Of a DNA stretch of 64,000 bases, positions 27,633 through 40,609 are shown piece after piece. How positions within the stretch are numbered: position 1 is the stretch's first letter; the number at the start of each line of letters is the position of its first letter. Location of the stretch: positions 37,758,001 through 37,822,000 of the forward strand of contig OZ024752.1 of the NCBI GenBank assembly GCA_964016885.1, read 5' to 3'. Both the position numbers and the translations under genes were made by a program. The stretch is from Eledone cirrhosa (taxonomy: Eukaryota). Below the pieces are notes generated by a model. It was not told the origin of the DNA. It did not search any database and saw nothing but the letters and a program-made list of their open reading frames with translations.

Positions 27633-27791
27633 CAATATATAAACAGTTTTATAAATAGACATTGACGTACCCTATTAAATGCAACCATTATTTTTGGAAG
27701 CTGTCTGGACAACTATCCAGACAGCTTCCAAAAATAATGGTTGCATTTAATAGGGTACGTCAAAATTATTTATAAAACTGTTTATATATTG

Positions 27792-27856
27792 TATTTTGTC
27801 CGATGAAGGCATACCATATTTTAATTTGGTATCCCTGAAATATGTATCATGAAATA
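27792..27856 (+). ncRNA. Hammerhead motif, mirror copy with core substitution (CCGATGA)
   Basis: Palindromic partner of 27568-27632; U4->C change in the catalytic core. Confidence 0.55.
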
Positions 27857-28266
27857 AATATGGTTTTATAAATATAGTTTCCATTTATTTAATATCGTAT
27901 ATATATATATATATATATAAACTTTATTGGCATTAAAACTGTACCCTGAGCTGATCAATATTGAAATGATTGGAGTATGCCAATAAAGTTTATATATATG
28001 CTGCAACAGTGACTTCGATCCAACCTACTTTTACATATATATATATATATATATATATATAACGAAGGAAATGTGGTAAGGAACCAGATGGACCATAACG
28101 CACCAAAGTACTCAATACTTAGGGTAGTAGAGTGGGTAATAGGAACGAGTAGGACCCCGACGGCTGAGCTCAAGCCGTTTCGACGGCAAATTCTGGACTA
28201 AAATCTTTTTAGTCCAGAATTAGCTGTCGAAATGGCTTGAGCTCAGCCGTCGGGATCCTACTCATT

Positions 28267-28344
<78 letters not shown>

Positions 28345-30488
28345 GATCATCATCATTTTACATCTGTTGTTCCATGCTTGCATGGGTTTGGCGGGTCTTT
28401 CTCAGTACAGCATCTCTCCACTTGTCATCTCCATAAGCTTTAGCAATCTTCAATCAGCTCTCATAACTTCTATCCAGGTCTTCCTTTACCGCGTCCTCCC
28501 TCCACTGGGATTACATGGCATTTCTTCATATATATATATCATCATCACCATCGTTTAACGTCCATCTTCCACGCTAGCATGGGTAGGACGGATTGTCCCT
28601 TTGTTAGGGATAAGGTCGGGGACCGTGATTTGCTCATTCGGAACTGATTTGGCCTGGTTTCTGCAGCTGGATGCACTTCCTAACACCAACCACATTCACA
28701 GTGTATCCTGGGTGCTTTTTGCCGCGTTCCCTACACAACCACTTTACAGTGTGGACTGGTGCTTTTGTCATGACACCTACACAACCACTTTACACAGTTA
28801 ACTGGGTGCTTGCTTTTGTCATGACACCTACACAACCACTTTACAGTTGACTGGGTGCTTGCTTTTGTCATGACACCTACACAACCACTTTACACAGTTG
28901 ACTGGGTACTTGCTCTTTTCATGACACCTACATGCCCACGACAGTAGGCTGGGCTCTTTTGTCGTGACTCCAGCAGGGATCAATTTATAGAGGAAGTTGG
29001 GAACTTGGGTGAGGCGGGGAAGAAGCCTGGGAAATTGGGAACGTAGGTATAAGGGAGGTTTATAGGAGGGGAGATGGTAGCAAATGGTGTCATATATATA
29101 CAGAGACAATCCCCCACCATCCCTACCTCAATAATATATGCCTGGGCAATACAGGAGAAAGAGATTTCTCTGACATGCAGAGATTTCTCTGTATGCCTCC
29201 ACATGGTCCCAGCAGACAGACTGTTAATCTGTTTGCCAACCTTTAGCAAGGCTTAGACTAATGAGATAACAAGGTAGGCTAAATCCTCAAGGCATGGTTT
29301 CTACTACAAACACTATCACTTCTGCTCTGTAAAATGATAAGATATAAATATAAATCTAATTTGAACAGCTGAATGACATCTAGATAATACACAAAATAAC
29401 AAAGTTCAAACTAATTGTCTTAATATGTATGAAAATCTTCAGACAGCTTTTATTAATTTGTCGTCATCATCATCATCTTTTACATTGACACGACAATCTC
29501 TCCTGTCTAACCCATGGATACAACAATGAATGCGGGACAGACTCTCTATCTGATCTCACACAATGCCATTGACATAACAAAAAGCACTAGGTCCACCCTG
29601 TATGCTGATTCGGTGTCACAACAACAAAAGCACCAATTTCATCCTGTATGGTAGTCATGCTGGAGACATGACAAAAAGCACCCAGTCCACTCTGTAAAGT
29701 GGTCGTGTTGGTGATATGACAAAAAGCAGCCAGTCCACACTGTAAAGTGGTTGGCACTGGGAAGGGTATCCAACCAAGCCAAAATACAGATCCATATGAG
29801 CAAGGTGGGTCTCCAGATTTGATAACCTGTTTAACCCATGCAAGCAAGGAAAAATAGATATTAAATTATGATGATGATGATGATGATGCCTTTCAAAAGC
29901 TGGCCTGATTAGCCACCAATGAATTCAAAAGGCCAAACAAAAAGTTGACTACAGTAAGTGCACCACAATAGGTAGCGTAACACAGTTCACAAGGGAAGAT
30001 CTGCAAATCTATTGGTAGATATAAAATACACATCAGCATATTGATGTGTATATATATATATATATATATTATATTATATTTAGAGTTATAAACTCAAACA
30101 GTCTTTTACAATTAATTAGCTCAAAGAAAGAAGCATTTCCGAGCCGTATTGCCAATATGGGTTTGTTTTTATTGATTTATTATTTTAATAATAATAATAA
30201 TAATGAAATTATTGTGTACAGTGCTCAGGTGCACTACAAATGGTGTCATATATATAGCAAATGGTGTCATATATATACAGAGACAATCCCCCACCATCCC
30301 TACCTCAATATATTTATTTGAATTAGTTTATTTCATTCTAGCTAAATTGGTCATTTGCAATACAAACACTTATGTGTTTATCATATATTAATTTATATTA
30401 ACTTGTATATATATATATATCATCATCATCATTTCATTTTACGTCCGCTTTTTCCCTGCTTGCAAGGGTATATATATATATATATATA

Positions 30489-30675
30489 TTTTATAGAAGG
30501 AGCTTCTACAGGACTAGTACTGTTTTATTCAGATGAAATCTTCCTGAAGATTTCATCTGAATGAAACAGTACTAGTCCTGTAGAAGCTCCTTCTATAAAA
30601 TAAAAAAATTTTACTCTGCCATGTATTGAGTACCTTACTTACTGTGGTTATCCCCGACTCAACCCGGGACCTACG
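30489..30675. repeat. Short foldback element whose inversion axis coincides with a hammerhead core
   Basis: Arms 30489-30600; CTGAAGA at 30544, GAAAC at 30563; 3' tail ACTCTGCCATGTATTGAGTACCTTACTTACTGTGG nearly identical to the 35240 copy; bounded by (TA)n. Confidence 0.8.
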
Positions 30676-33555
30676 TATATATATATATATATATATATGT
30701 AGTTTTGTTTGTAAGATTAGTGACCAAGTCCTGCTTGTACACTTAATTTGGACTTGGTTTCTACGTCTGGATACTCTTCCTAATGCCAACTACTTTACAG
30801 CATATACTGGGAGAAGTGTTTCTATGGTTGGATGTCCTCCTCCCCTAATACAAACCACTTTATAGCATGTACTAGGAGCATGGTTTCACAGCTGGATACT
30901 TTTCTGAACACCAACCACTTTATCATGACTCCAGCACTACAACCTTACAAGTTGAACTGAGAGTGCTTTTCGTTGTGGCACTAACACTTTACAGGGTCAA
31001 CTGGGTGACACACAGTCACATGATGGGCTTTCCACTTTCCATCTACCAAATTTCACTTAAAAGGAATTAGTTAACTCCAGTGCTATAGAAGAGTGGCCTA
31101 TTGGTAAGGGTGTTGGATTTATGATCATAATGTCATGAGTTTGATTTCTGGACTGAGTTGTGTGTTGTGTTCTGGAGCAAAACACTTTATTTCCCATTGC
31201 TTCAGTATAGCCAGCTGTTGCTGGGAGTTTAACCCTGTGATGGACTGGCATCCGGTCCAGGGGGAAGTTTTGTACTCCCAGTTGCTTCATACCACGGAAA
31301 CCAGGATAAACCTCAGCCTGATGATCCTCCAAGCTCGAGACAGACTTTAGAATGCTATAGTAGAAGATATTTTCCCAGATCAAAACTAAAACAATATGGA
31401 TGAGAACTTCTTAACACAGCCATAGCTACAAGTGACATATTTTTTTTATTGGTCTCTTTCAATCTACTCCCACAAATTTTCTACCTTTGCCCAGAGCTAG
31501 TTAAGAAAAGTCAGTGGAAAAGTTGCATATGACAACACTATTATGCCAAAATATGGTGCTCCCTCATTTGAGAAATTTTAAATCTTCAACTTTGTTAAGT
31601 TAAACTCGAAAACCAAGTACAGTCAGAGACCCTTTAGCTCCTTCCCACATTCTGGGTATTGTGGCAAAGGTGAGGATCACTGCATCTGTAGCTGAACGGA
31701 ATAAAGTTCTAAAGTATCAAGAAGTATATACTATTTTACCTGTTCCAGCCATCCGGGTGAGGACATCCTGTGGCACCACCCTTACTGAAACTATATTTTT
31801 TTAGATCGTGACGTACGTGGAGTTTGGGGTAGCTGAGCCGCAGACGAGGCTCGCCTTACATATCAAGTGTAGACCGTATGGGTGCTTGGCTATTCCAAGC
31901 ACTCTAGCAGTGCTACGCGAGTGTGTTGGAATTATTAGAGGCAAACGCCAGCGTCACTCGTGAAATCTGAGTGTGCGTGCTTCCTTCTACTTTTTATACA
32001 ACATATTATATAACGAGCTAATAATTGTTTCTACTTTAGGCACAAGGCCAGCAATTACCCAGTGCATTACTGGTACTTTATTTTAACGACCCCGTAAGGA
32101 GCTAATAATGGCTTCTTAAAACCAAAATGAAAATTATAGAGTGCGTGTGCTTTTATTGGCAACATGACCATCCACAAATATAACAATATATATATATTAA
32201 GAATGCATTTTTTAAAACAGAATGCATGCAAATAAACGCAATATATATACATATAATTCTTTTTTAATAGAATGTGTGCAAATAAACGCAATATATATAT
32301 ATATTGCGTTTATTTGTATACATTCTATAAAAAAAAAAAACTATTAAAAGACCTTTTAATAGAAAAAAATCTTTCGTCGTCAATGGAATAATATTGATTT
32401 ATTTAGCTGGTTGTTGGTTGTAGTTACAAACCAACAAAGAGCCTAAATCCCATCAAAGAGCACAGCCGATGTTAGTAAACAAATGACACGACTGTCTATA
32501 CAAAAGTACGGGTGACTTTTATAATTCGTTTGACGAGCCAATTGGTGTCTCAAAGGGACTGGTCGACCTACTAGAAATAGCAGCGAAATCTTTGTTTGTT
32601 ATATATATATATATATGTATTATATTTATAAGGTTCCTAATAATAATTGATTACATGTATTTTTTCTATTTAATCTTATATATTTGTTATATGATAAGGA
32701 AATACTTACAGCAACCTAAAAATAAAAAATAAGCAAGCTAACGCTTGATGTAGTTAGGAATATATCTTTTATTAAGATTTAATAAAGAAGAGAGGATGGT
32801 CACAAATGGAAAGCTTTTGATCACAATTCTCATTGATGAGGGCCAGCCTGAAGTTAGTTTCGTTTTCTCATTGCAAAGGAAGTAAAATTAACGAAAACAT
32901 AACCAATATTTAAAAAAAAACATAAACATTGTCTAAATTCATTGGGAGATGACAATAAATATATTTATATTAGGAATATATAGTTATTTAAATATTATAT
33001 TCTAATGGAAGAACATGTGAAATGGCAGAGGAAATATAAATTCATTTACACCGCAATAGCAACATGCTCATTTTCTGTTTTTACTTATTATAATTGTTTC
33101 TACCTTTGGCACAAGGCCAGCAATAGCCCAGTGCATTACTGGTACTTTAATATCGCTATTTTTCTTTTTAAAAACCGCTGTATTTGTTTTGCTTATTTTC
33201 CGCTTGACTTCAACGAATCCGCCCATCTTCAATGTGTATTGCTTAATATTTTCCCCCTAAAATAAACGACACCGTAACACGTGTATGTTGTTAATAATCA
33301 GCGTATTGTAACTTTTATTAAATGGCTTTCTCTATATTTGAAACTTTTCGTCTATCTCTCTTTCTCTCTCTCTATCTATTTATCTAAATAGCGTAACATT
33401 TACATTAAACATGACATATAAACAATAACTACTTTATCTATATTTCTTTCTGTGAACGACCGAAAAGAATAGAGCATAGTACAAAATAAAACAAGAATAG
33501 AAGAGAAAAACATGAGTTTTGTTATAAAATAACACAAACATAAAGTTAATCTTAC

Positions 33556-33640
33556 CAGTTTCAGCCACAACAGCTGAGACAGACGAAAGTAAATATTTAA
33601 AAGCAAATTCGTTATATTTGTTGCCATCTTTCACCAACAT
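33556..33640 (-). CDS. SLC25A27: Mitochondrial uncoupling protein 4 (SLC25 carrier), coding exon 1
   Basis: ATG at 33640; encodes MLVKDGNKYNEFAFKYLLSSVSAVVAET (TM1 start, UCP4-like K(F/Y)LLS..AxVAE); G|GTAAG donor, phase 1. Confidence 0.88.
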
Positions 33641-34081
33641 CACAGCAATTTTTTAAATACTTTTTAAAAGACTTGCTGAGGAAATTAGTACCACACTTAC
33701 TTTATCAATTCCTCTACTGAATAATCTGGTGTATAACTATCACTCATACCCGCCCTAACCCAGATTTCTGAGCTGTATTTATAAGTAAACACATTTGTTT
33801 TCTTCCACGGTAGTTAACTATATTGACTGTCACAAGATATATCCATTGACGCACGAAACGGTCTAATGACTACACTTCTAGTTTAATTACTGAAAATCGG
33901 AATGTTTTATGTTTTATTTTTAGATTTCACTTATATTTTCCTATTAGAAGCATTGTTCTTATAATTATCATTTTAATGCCCTGAGCATTAAAAGGATAAT
34001 TATAAATAATCATGAAAATACATTATGAGCTCAATTATCTAGTATCATTTTAATTATTCTGGCAGGTACAGGATACAACAA

Positions 34082-34118
34082 CCAGACATGTTTCGATTAT
34101 ATTAGATCTCTTCAGCGA
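34082..34118 (-). ncRNA. Minimal hammerhead-like motif upstream of UCP4
   Basis: CTGAAGA-GAT(CTAATATA)ATC-GAAACATGTC; palindromic ACATGT stem III with GUC triplet; stem I weak. Confidence 0.5.
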
Positions 34119-35180
34119 AGCATAGACTTCACTGTACTTGCCGACGTTGTGATTAGAGAATCAATATGTATATGTACAATATTATGTAAGAGTTGGAATA
34201 GACAATAGCATATTTAACAGAATAAATTTGTATTTAGCCCTAGGTAGGCTTTTTTTTTTTTTTTTACTGTTCCTTTTTATGATAGCAGTATATGATGTGA
34301 CGGAAATTTCGCTGCTATTTCTAGCAGGTCATTTGAAGGTAAGTAAAGCGGTTTCCTTGTTAACATGAGAAATTATAATTTTTATTTCATAGATTTGATA
34401 AACACGACTTTCGGCTCAGACAGATGCACACATACAGGGGCGGCGAAAGCATTTCTGAATATTGGTAGTGATGGAGGTGTGGTGGGAGGTGGAGGTGTGT
34501 GTGTGGGGGGGGGGGGGTTAGTAATTGTGATTAGTTTAGCTCTTTGCACTCTAAAATGTCAAGAAAATGCAATTTGAGTTCAAGGAGGTCATATTACATT
34601 TACAACTTTCAATAATCATAAAGTGATTATAGCAAAATGACCTATGAAATCTGTCTCTGAACACATACTAGCAATTGGCAAATAGTGATATGTGGAGAAA
34701 AAGTTATGACATGACAAAAAAAAATTATTATGAAGGTTAACATAATATATTACACTGTTATTATCAAATATCAACCAAGGTATAAAAGAAAACTTCGATA
34801 TGCGATAAACATAACATGTACATAAATTGTAGCACATTTTACAAATAGATGTGTTTTGGTAGTTTAGGGAGAAAAATGTGATTATTGCACATACACACCC
34901 CTACCCCCAGTTCCACCGACCCTGATTCATCACGGAAAAAAACCCCAGTTGATGGATGTGAATCCGAAATATATAGGGACTATTAAATCTCTCCCAAGGT
35001 AACTCTCTCTTGTGTTGTTATTTTTATTTTTATCCTTTTACTCTTCCCTCCATTCTACACATCTCACACATCTTATACACACCACGCATCTCAACGTACA
35101 CCCACTTACATCTCTCTCTCCACCACCGGACCTTGTTACCCGGAGATTTACCCATTTGCATTGTCGAGGCTTCCAAACGA

Positions 35181-35239
<59 letters not shown>

Positions 35240-35240
<1 letters not shown>

Positions 35241-35430
35241 AGTTTTAATATAGAAAAGCTTCTACGGGACTAGAACTGTTTCATTCGTGAGAAATCATCA
35301 GCCTGATGATTTCTCACAAATGAAACAATTCTAGTCCTGTAGAAGCTTTTCTATATTAAAACTTTTATACTCTGCTATGTATTGAGTACCTTACTTACTG
35401 TGGACACCCCCGATTGAACCTGGAATAACT
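35240..35430. repeat. Second copy of the short foldback hammerhead-core element
   Basis: Arms 35240-35364 centred on C35302; CTGATGA begins immediately on both strands; same 3' tail as the 30489 copy. Confidence 0.8.
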
Positions 35431-35487
35431 TATATATATATATCAATGATATTAAATAAATGGAAACTATATTTATAAAACCATATT

Positions 35488-35548
35488 TATTCTATTATAT
35501 ATATTTCAAGGGTACCAAAATTTTGGTACGCTCTCATCAGATAAAATA
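35488..35548 (-). ncRNA. Minimal hammerhead ribozyme motif
   Basis: TATTTTAT-CTGATGA-GAGcGTACCAAAATTTTGGTACcCTT-GAAA-TATATA-TA-ATAGAATA. Confidence 0.72.
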
Positions 35549-35657
35549 CAAAGTTTGTTTTATAAATATTGACATATCCATGAAGAAGATCTTAACAGTT
35601 CAAGTTGTTCCTGGATAGTAAAAGGAAAGATCCCTTTTGCTTATATATATATATATA

Positions 35658-36048
35658 TATATTAATAAAAGGAATTCCAACTTTGTCTGATTTACTCGTT
35701 TTATTTACAATCCTTTAACATTTATAATGGTATTATAATGAAATAGTATGATAGAATATTAAATGTTAAGTGTTAATTGAACAAGTACTTTCATGCTTTC
35801 GCAATCTTCAGGTTCATAATGTGTGGTGCCAGTCGAGTTTACAATTTTCAACTGTTGAAAATTGCAAACTTGACTGTCACCACACATTATGAACCTGAAG
35901 ATTGCGAAAGCATGAAAGTACTTGTTCAATTAACACTTAACATTTAATATTCTATCATACTATTTCATTATAATACCATTATAAATTTTAAAGGATTGTA
36001 AATAAAACGAGTAAATCAGACAAAGTTGGAATTCCTTTTATTAATATA
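35658..36048. repeat. ~390-bp foldback palindrome next to (TA)n
   Basis: Near-perfect inverted arms centred on T35853. Confidence 0.97.
35890..35928 (+). ncRNA. Minimal hammerhead ribozyme motif (identical mirror copy on minus strand at 35778-35816)
   Basis: TGAAC-CTGAAGA-TTGC(GAAA)GCAT-GAAA-GTAC-TT-GTTCA: 5-bp stem I, GNRA-capped stem II, palindromic AGTACT stem III. Confidence 0.75.
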
Positions 36049-37688
36049 ATCTTCTATACACAATCATACACACCCGTGTATATTTATCTATCTATATATA
36101 TAGATATATATATACAGAGAGTGAGAAAGAAAGAGTGAGAGAGTATTGTAGTTCTATACATATGTGCACATGTCAACTATTCGAACACGATCCACTGGAT
36201 ATGCAACAGAAGTAAAATGAACGCCGAAGCTCGGATGAACTGAGAGAAAAAAAAACTGGCCATTAGAATAGAATTGCGTGTGTGCAGACACTTTCATAAA
36301 AACCTAGTCAAGGGGAGGTAACCAGATTTGTATGTATGGGTGAGTGTACAGCGTATGATAGTTTATGCGCGTGTGCGAGTTGGTATTTTCTGGTTGTTGC
36401 CCCGAGCAGACGAAAACTATTCTCTGTTCAACAAATCCATTCAAAGAGTTTGGGCCTATCTCGATCTTCAGGTTATCTCAGTGACAACTTCCTAACCATA
36501 GAGCCACGTTAAAATATATATAGGGTTATTAATAAATAAATATATATATATATTGATATTTTTTAATCAAGTTTTAATATATTGTAATCCTTACAAGATA
36601 AAATCAAAGCTAATTATATATATACACATATATATATACACACACACACACATATCGTCTGCCTGTCACACACCTCGTGGATTGTCTCTCGCTGTCGACA
36701 ACTGGTCGCAGGTCTGTCCTGTGAGGCATTTTTAGCCATCGCTTTCTTTGACGGCATTTTGCTGTTCTAACGATGAGTTTTCTCATTTATATATATATAT
36801 ATATATGCATACATATTCTTTGTTTATGTTCATACACAGAACGGGAAAACGCTAACTTTGGTTTCAATATCTAGTAATGATCATCTCCCCAGACTGTACA
36901 CAGTACAGGGAGGTGGCCTTGAAAATTAAGGTACCCTTTTTTTTTTTTTGTTCTGAGTATGAACATAAATATATAAAAAAATATATATATACATATATGC
37001 GGGTACGAGACTATGCACAATATATACGTATGTATATGTACCAGAATCGAACATGCTTCACTAGATTTATAACGACGAGTAACTGAACGACGAACACCGG
37101 ATGATTTCAGAGAAAAACTGAGCACAGGAAGATAAATGCGTGTGTGTAGATATTTGGTTCAAATGTAGTCAAAGGGGAGATAATCAAAATAAATCTTATG
37201 CAGTCAACTGTCGTCTGTTAAACCTGTTAAAGCTCCTTGAAACTGATAATAACATACATTTGTAGCAATTGAATGAATTAGAAAAGTTTGAGTGTTAATA
37301 GTTGGATGGAGACTCGATGATTTCACCATTTACCCTCGTTATAAACCCCGTATAACATACCACTGTCAGTGACTCTTGTCTTTTCCAACATCCAAGATTA
37401 ACAGAATAAACTTCTGAAATAAAATGTTTTATAAAACTACCACAGAATTATAATTATTTTTACCTATATAAAATTACTTGATGTCACCCACAGTGACAAA
37501 TATATACACTCCCCAAATATACCCGTTTTATGACGACAGAGAGAGAGAGAGAGAGAGAGAGGGGGGAGAGAGAGAGGTAATATATTAGTATATTCTGTGA
37601 GAATCCTACCGTAACCCATTCAGATGCAATAACTTGTAAGGAACAAAATTTGTTGATAAGTGTTTGCTTTCTCCATCGTAAATTTCTG

Positions 37689-37753
<65 letters not shown>

Positions 37754-37981
37754 CGCGTCTGTTTGTTTAACCAGGCATCCGCTCGGCCGAAGCCGACCTC
37801 GAACGAAAGTCGACCTACCCTCAATTAAGCCAACAAGGTATCGTTTTATGTATTGATGATACTGTGCACTGTATCCTTCAGTAGCTTTTTTAAAAGGGAG
37901 ATTTGGCTGCTATTTTTAGCACATCTCAACGGGTGAAAGTCCTTATGCGATCGCTCAATATAGCAGATAAATATTCCTAAA

Positions 37982-38025
<44 letters not shown>

Positions 38026-38204
38026 TTTTCTTTATTAACCACAAGGGTTCACATAAAGTAGACATTAAGGACAGTACAGGACAATACAGGACGGTACAAA
38101 TGGGCATTTCTGCGTGTAAAAAAACAGAGGTTGAAATAAAATAACAAAGAAAAATTCCCCAATAGGGGGGAGACTTCCAAGGGACATTTGTGGAGAAAGC
38201 CCAT

Positions 38205-38575
38205 TAAAATAATAATAATAATGAAATTATTCTGTACAGTGCTCAGGTGCACTACAACTCATCAAAGGTGCATGTATAGTACATAGAATAATATACAAAT
38301 GTCAGGGAAGTGAATAGTGTATGAGTCATGATATACATGTGTGCGTGTGTATGGAGGGGGGATATTAGGTGTAGTGTTGGCGAATCTCGGGAAGCATGGC
38401 GGTTTTAAAGGATGCAGTGTCTCGACAGCTAATAATTGATGCAGGTAGTTTGTTCCATGCTTCAGGAACTCTGAGCGTGAAAACAATGTTTCCGAAAGTC
38501 ATGGGAACTGTGCTGTTTTCTGACTTTGTGGGCATGCCCAAGTGTGTTAGACACATGGAAATCCAAGCAACCAAA
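38205..38575 (-). mobile_element. CR1-type LINE 3' fragment
   Basis: FTLRVPEAWNKLPASIISCRDTASFKTAMLPEIRQHYT on the minus strand; same family as 4490. Confidence 0.82.
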
Positions 38576-38719
38576 TGTCTTTAAATACATATAAAAGTTA
38601 ACTTATCGAACTTACCTTGGCTGTATTCCATCATAACAGCACATTCAGCTTCCCAGCATCTTGTATAGTCTAAGGTAAGTAGGTATTCTCCATTCATAAA
38701 TGTCCACCCCCACCACCCC

Positions 38720-38755
<36 letters not shown>

Positions 38756-39306
38756 GCAGTTCAAAATTCGACAATCCGGATGCTGGTTAATCCATGGTAA
38801 TCCGTGATCAGGGTAATTATCCAGGTCCGAATGCTAGCTGGGGCGCGTAAGCGTGGAAAATAGTTGATAAATTAAACAAAACAAACACAGGGATGCAAAA
38901 ATACAAAGTCATATTAGGTTCACGCTAGAAGGAAGTGGATGTGTGTTTGAATGTCTATGGTACTAAAACATCAATGCATCTCTCCACCTTTAAGCATTAA
39001 CAACATGAGATTAAAAAAACGTTGGAGTTCCCTCCTAATACTGAGCCTCACTTTCACTAAGGATCTCTCATGTCTAATGTACATTACTAAACATGGTTGT
39101 AACTGCTTTTAACAGACTAGCTCTTCTCTTCAGCACCGTTGGACAAGGATTAAATTATGTCCAAGGCAAATAGAAGAAAACGATTTGTATAGGACAGTTG
39201 GGATTTGAGGTAAGCTAACATATTCAAAATATTGTCGCCGGTGATAGCGAGGCTAAGTCGTGGAATAACCAAGTATCTTCACTAGGAGCATCAACTGATA
39301 CGTGTA

Positions 39307-39381
<75 letters not shown>

Positions 39382-39444
39382 ATGTATATATATGTATGTG
39401 TGGATGTATACATGTATGTTTGTATGTCTATATATATATATGTT

Positions 39445-39502
<58 letters not shown>

Positions 39503-40441
39503 TATACATATATATACAAACATAGTATCAACAGACTGCGTACGTGTGTGTAATTATGATTCCAATCTGGTGCTGGTGACATGGTGAATTACTCCCAATA
39601 CAATCGATTATCACTTGTTACAATACTGATAATTCTGTATTGTAACAATTCGGATAAGTCTTTATTTTTCTCATGGTGGGTGTCTCAAGTAATTTATTTG
39701 AGTTTAAAATAATAATTGTTTCTACTTTAGGCACAAGGTCAGCAAATACTCAGTGCATTACTGGTACCTTATTTTATCGACCCCGTAAGGATAAAAGGCA
39801 AAGTTAACCTCGGCAGGATTTGAACTCAGACCGTAGAGAGACGTAACTATGCTGGAACGCATGGGGCCCGACTCTCTACCGATACTGCCAATAAAATAAT
39901 AATGATTATGTTGTAGTTTCTTTTGTTTATCTTGGACGTGATGAAAAGGCAAAAGAGTCACTAACAGTGGTTTTCTACCTCTAATACAAGGGTAAATGGT
40001 AAAAGCATCGAGTCTCACACCAGAGACTGTTAATATTCCAGCTTTTCTAATTCATTCAATTGCTGCTAATGTATATTATTATTAGTTTTAAGGAGTTTTA
40101 AACTGGTTCAGTACCACTCAACAGATGACATTTCACTACGTAAGACTGGTTATCTCCCCTTGACTACATTTGAACCAAATATCTGCACACACGCATTTAT
40201 CTTCCAATGTTTAGTTTTTCTCTCGAATCAACCGGTGTTCGTCGTTCAATTACTCGTACGTTACAGATCCAGCGCTGTATGTTCGATTCGTACATACACA
40301 CACATACTTCTACACACATACACACACACACAAATATATATATCTATATATATATATATATATCTATATATATATATATATCAAATTATAAAATATGAGG
40401 AAATAATAACGATGACTTATCTCTCTCTCTCTATCTCTCTT

Positions 40442-40475
<34 letters not shown>

Positions 40476-40609
40476 AGGTAGATCAGGAATAGAATGCTAT
40501 CTGCCTCTGTATTTGAAGGAGACATGTGTAAATCAATTAAATAATGTATTAAAGCTGGGACAAGGGCAAAGAGTTTTGTGTTATTATCAGAGAGGCCTAC
40601 AACAACCTA

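Larger units (their letters stand above)
27157..28268. repeat. ~1.1-kb foldback palindrome built from three TA-separated modules
   Basis: Arms are near-perfect reverse complements around the loop CAACTA at 27710-27715; flanked by long (TA)n. Confidence 0.97.

Noticed and set aside
38612-38680. Strong splice-donor-like motifs on both strands (possible non-coding exon)
   Set aside because: No matching acceptor, coding signal or promoter can be supported from sequence alone
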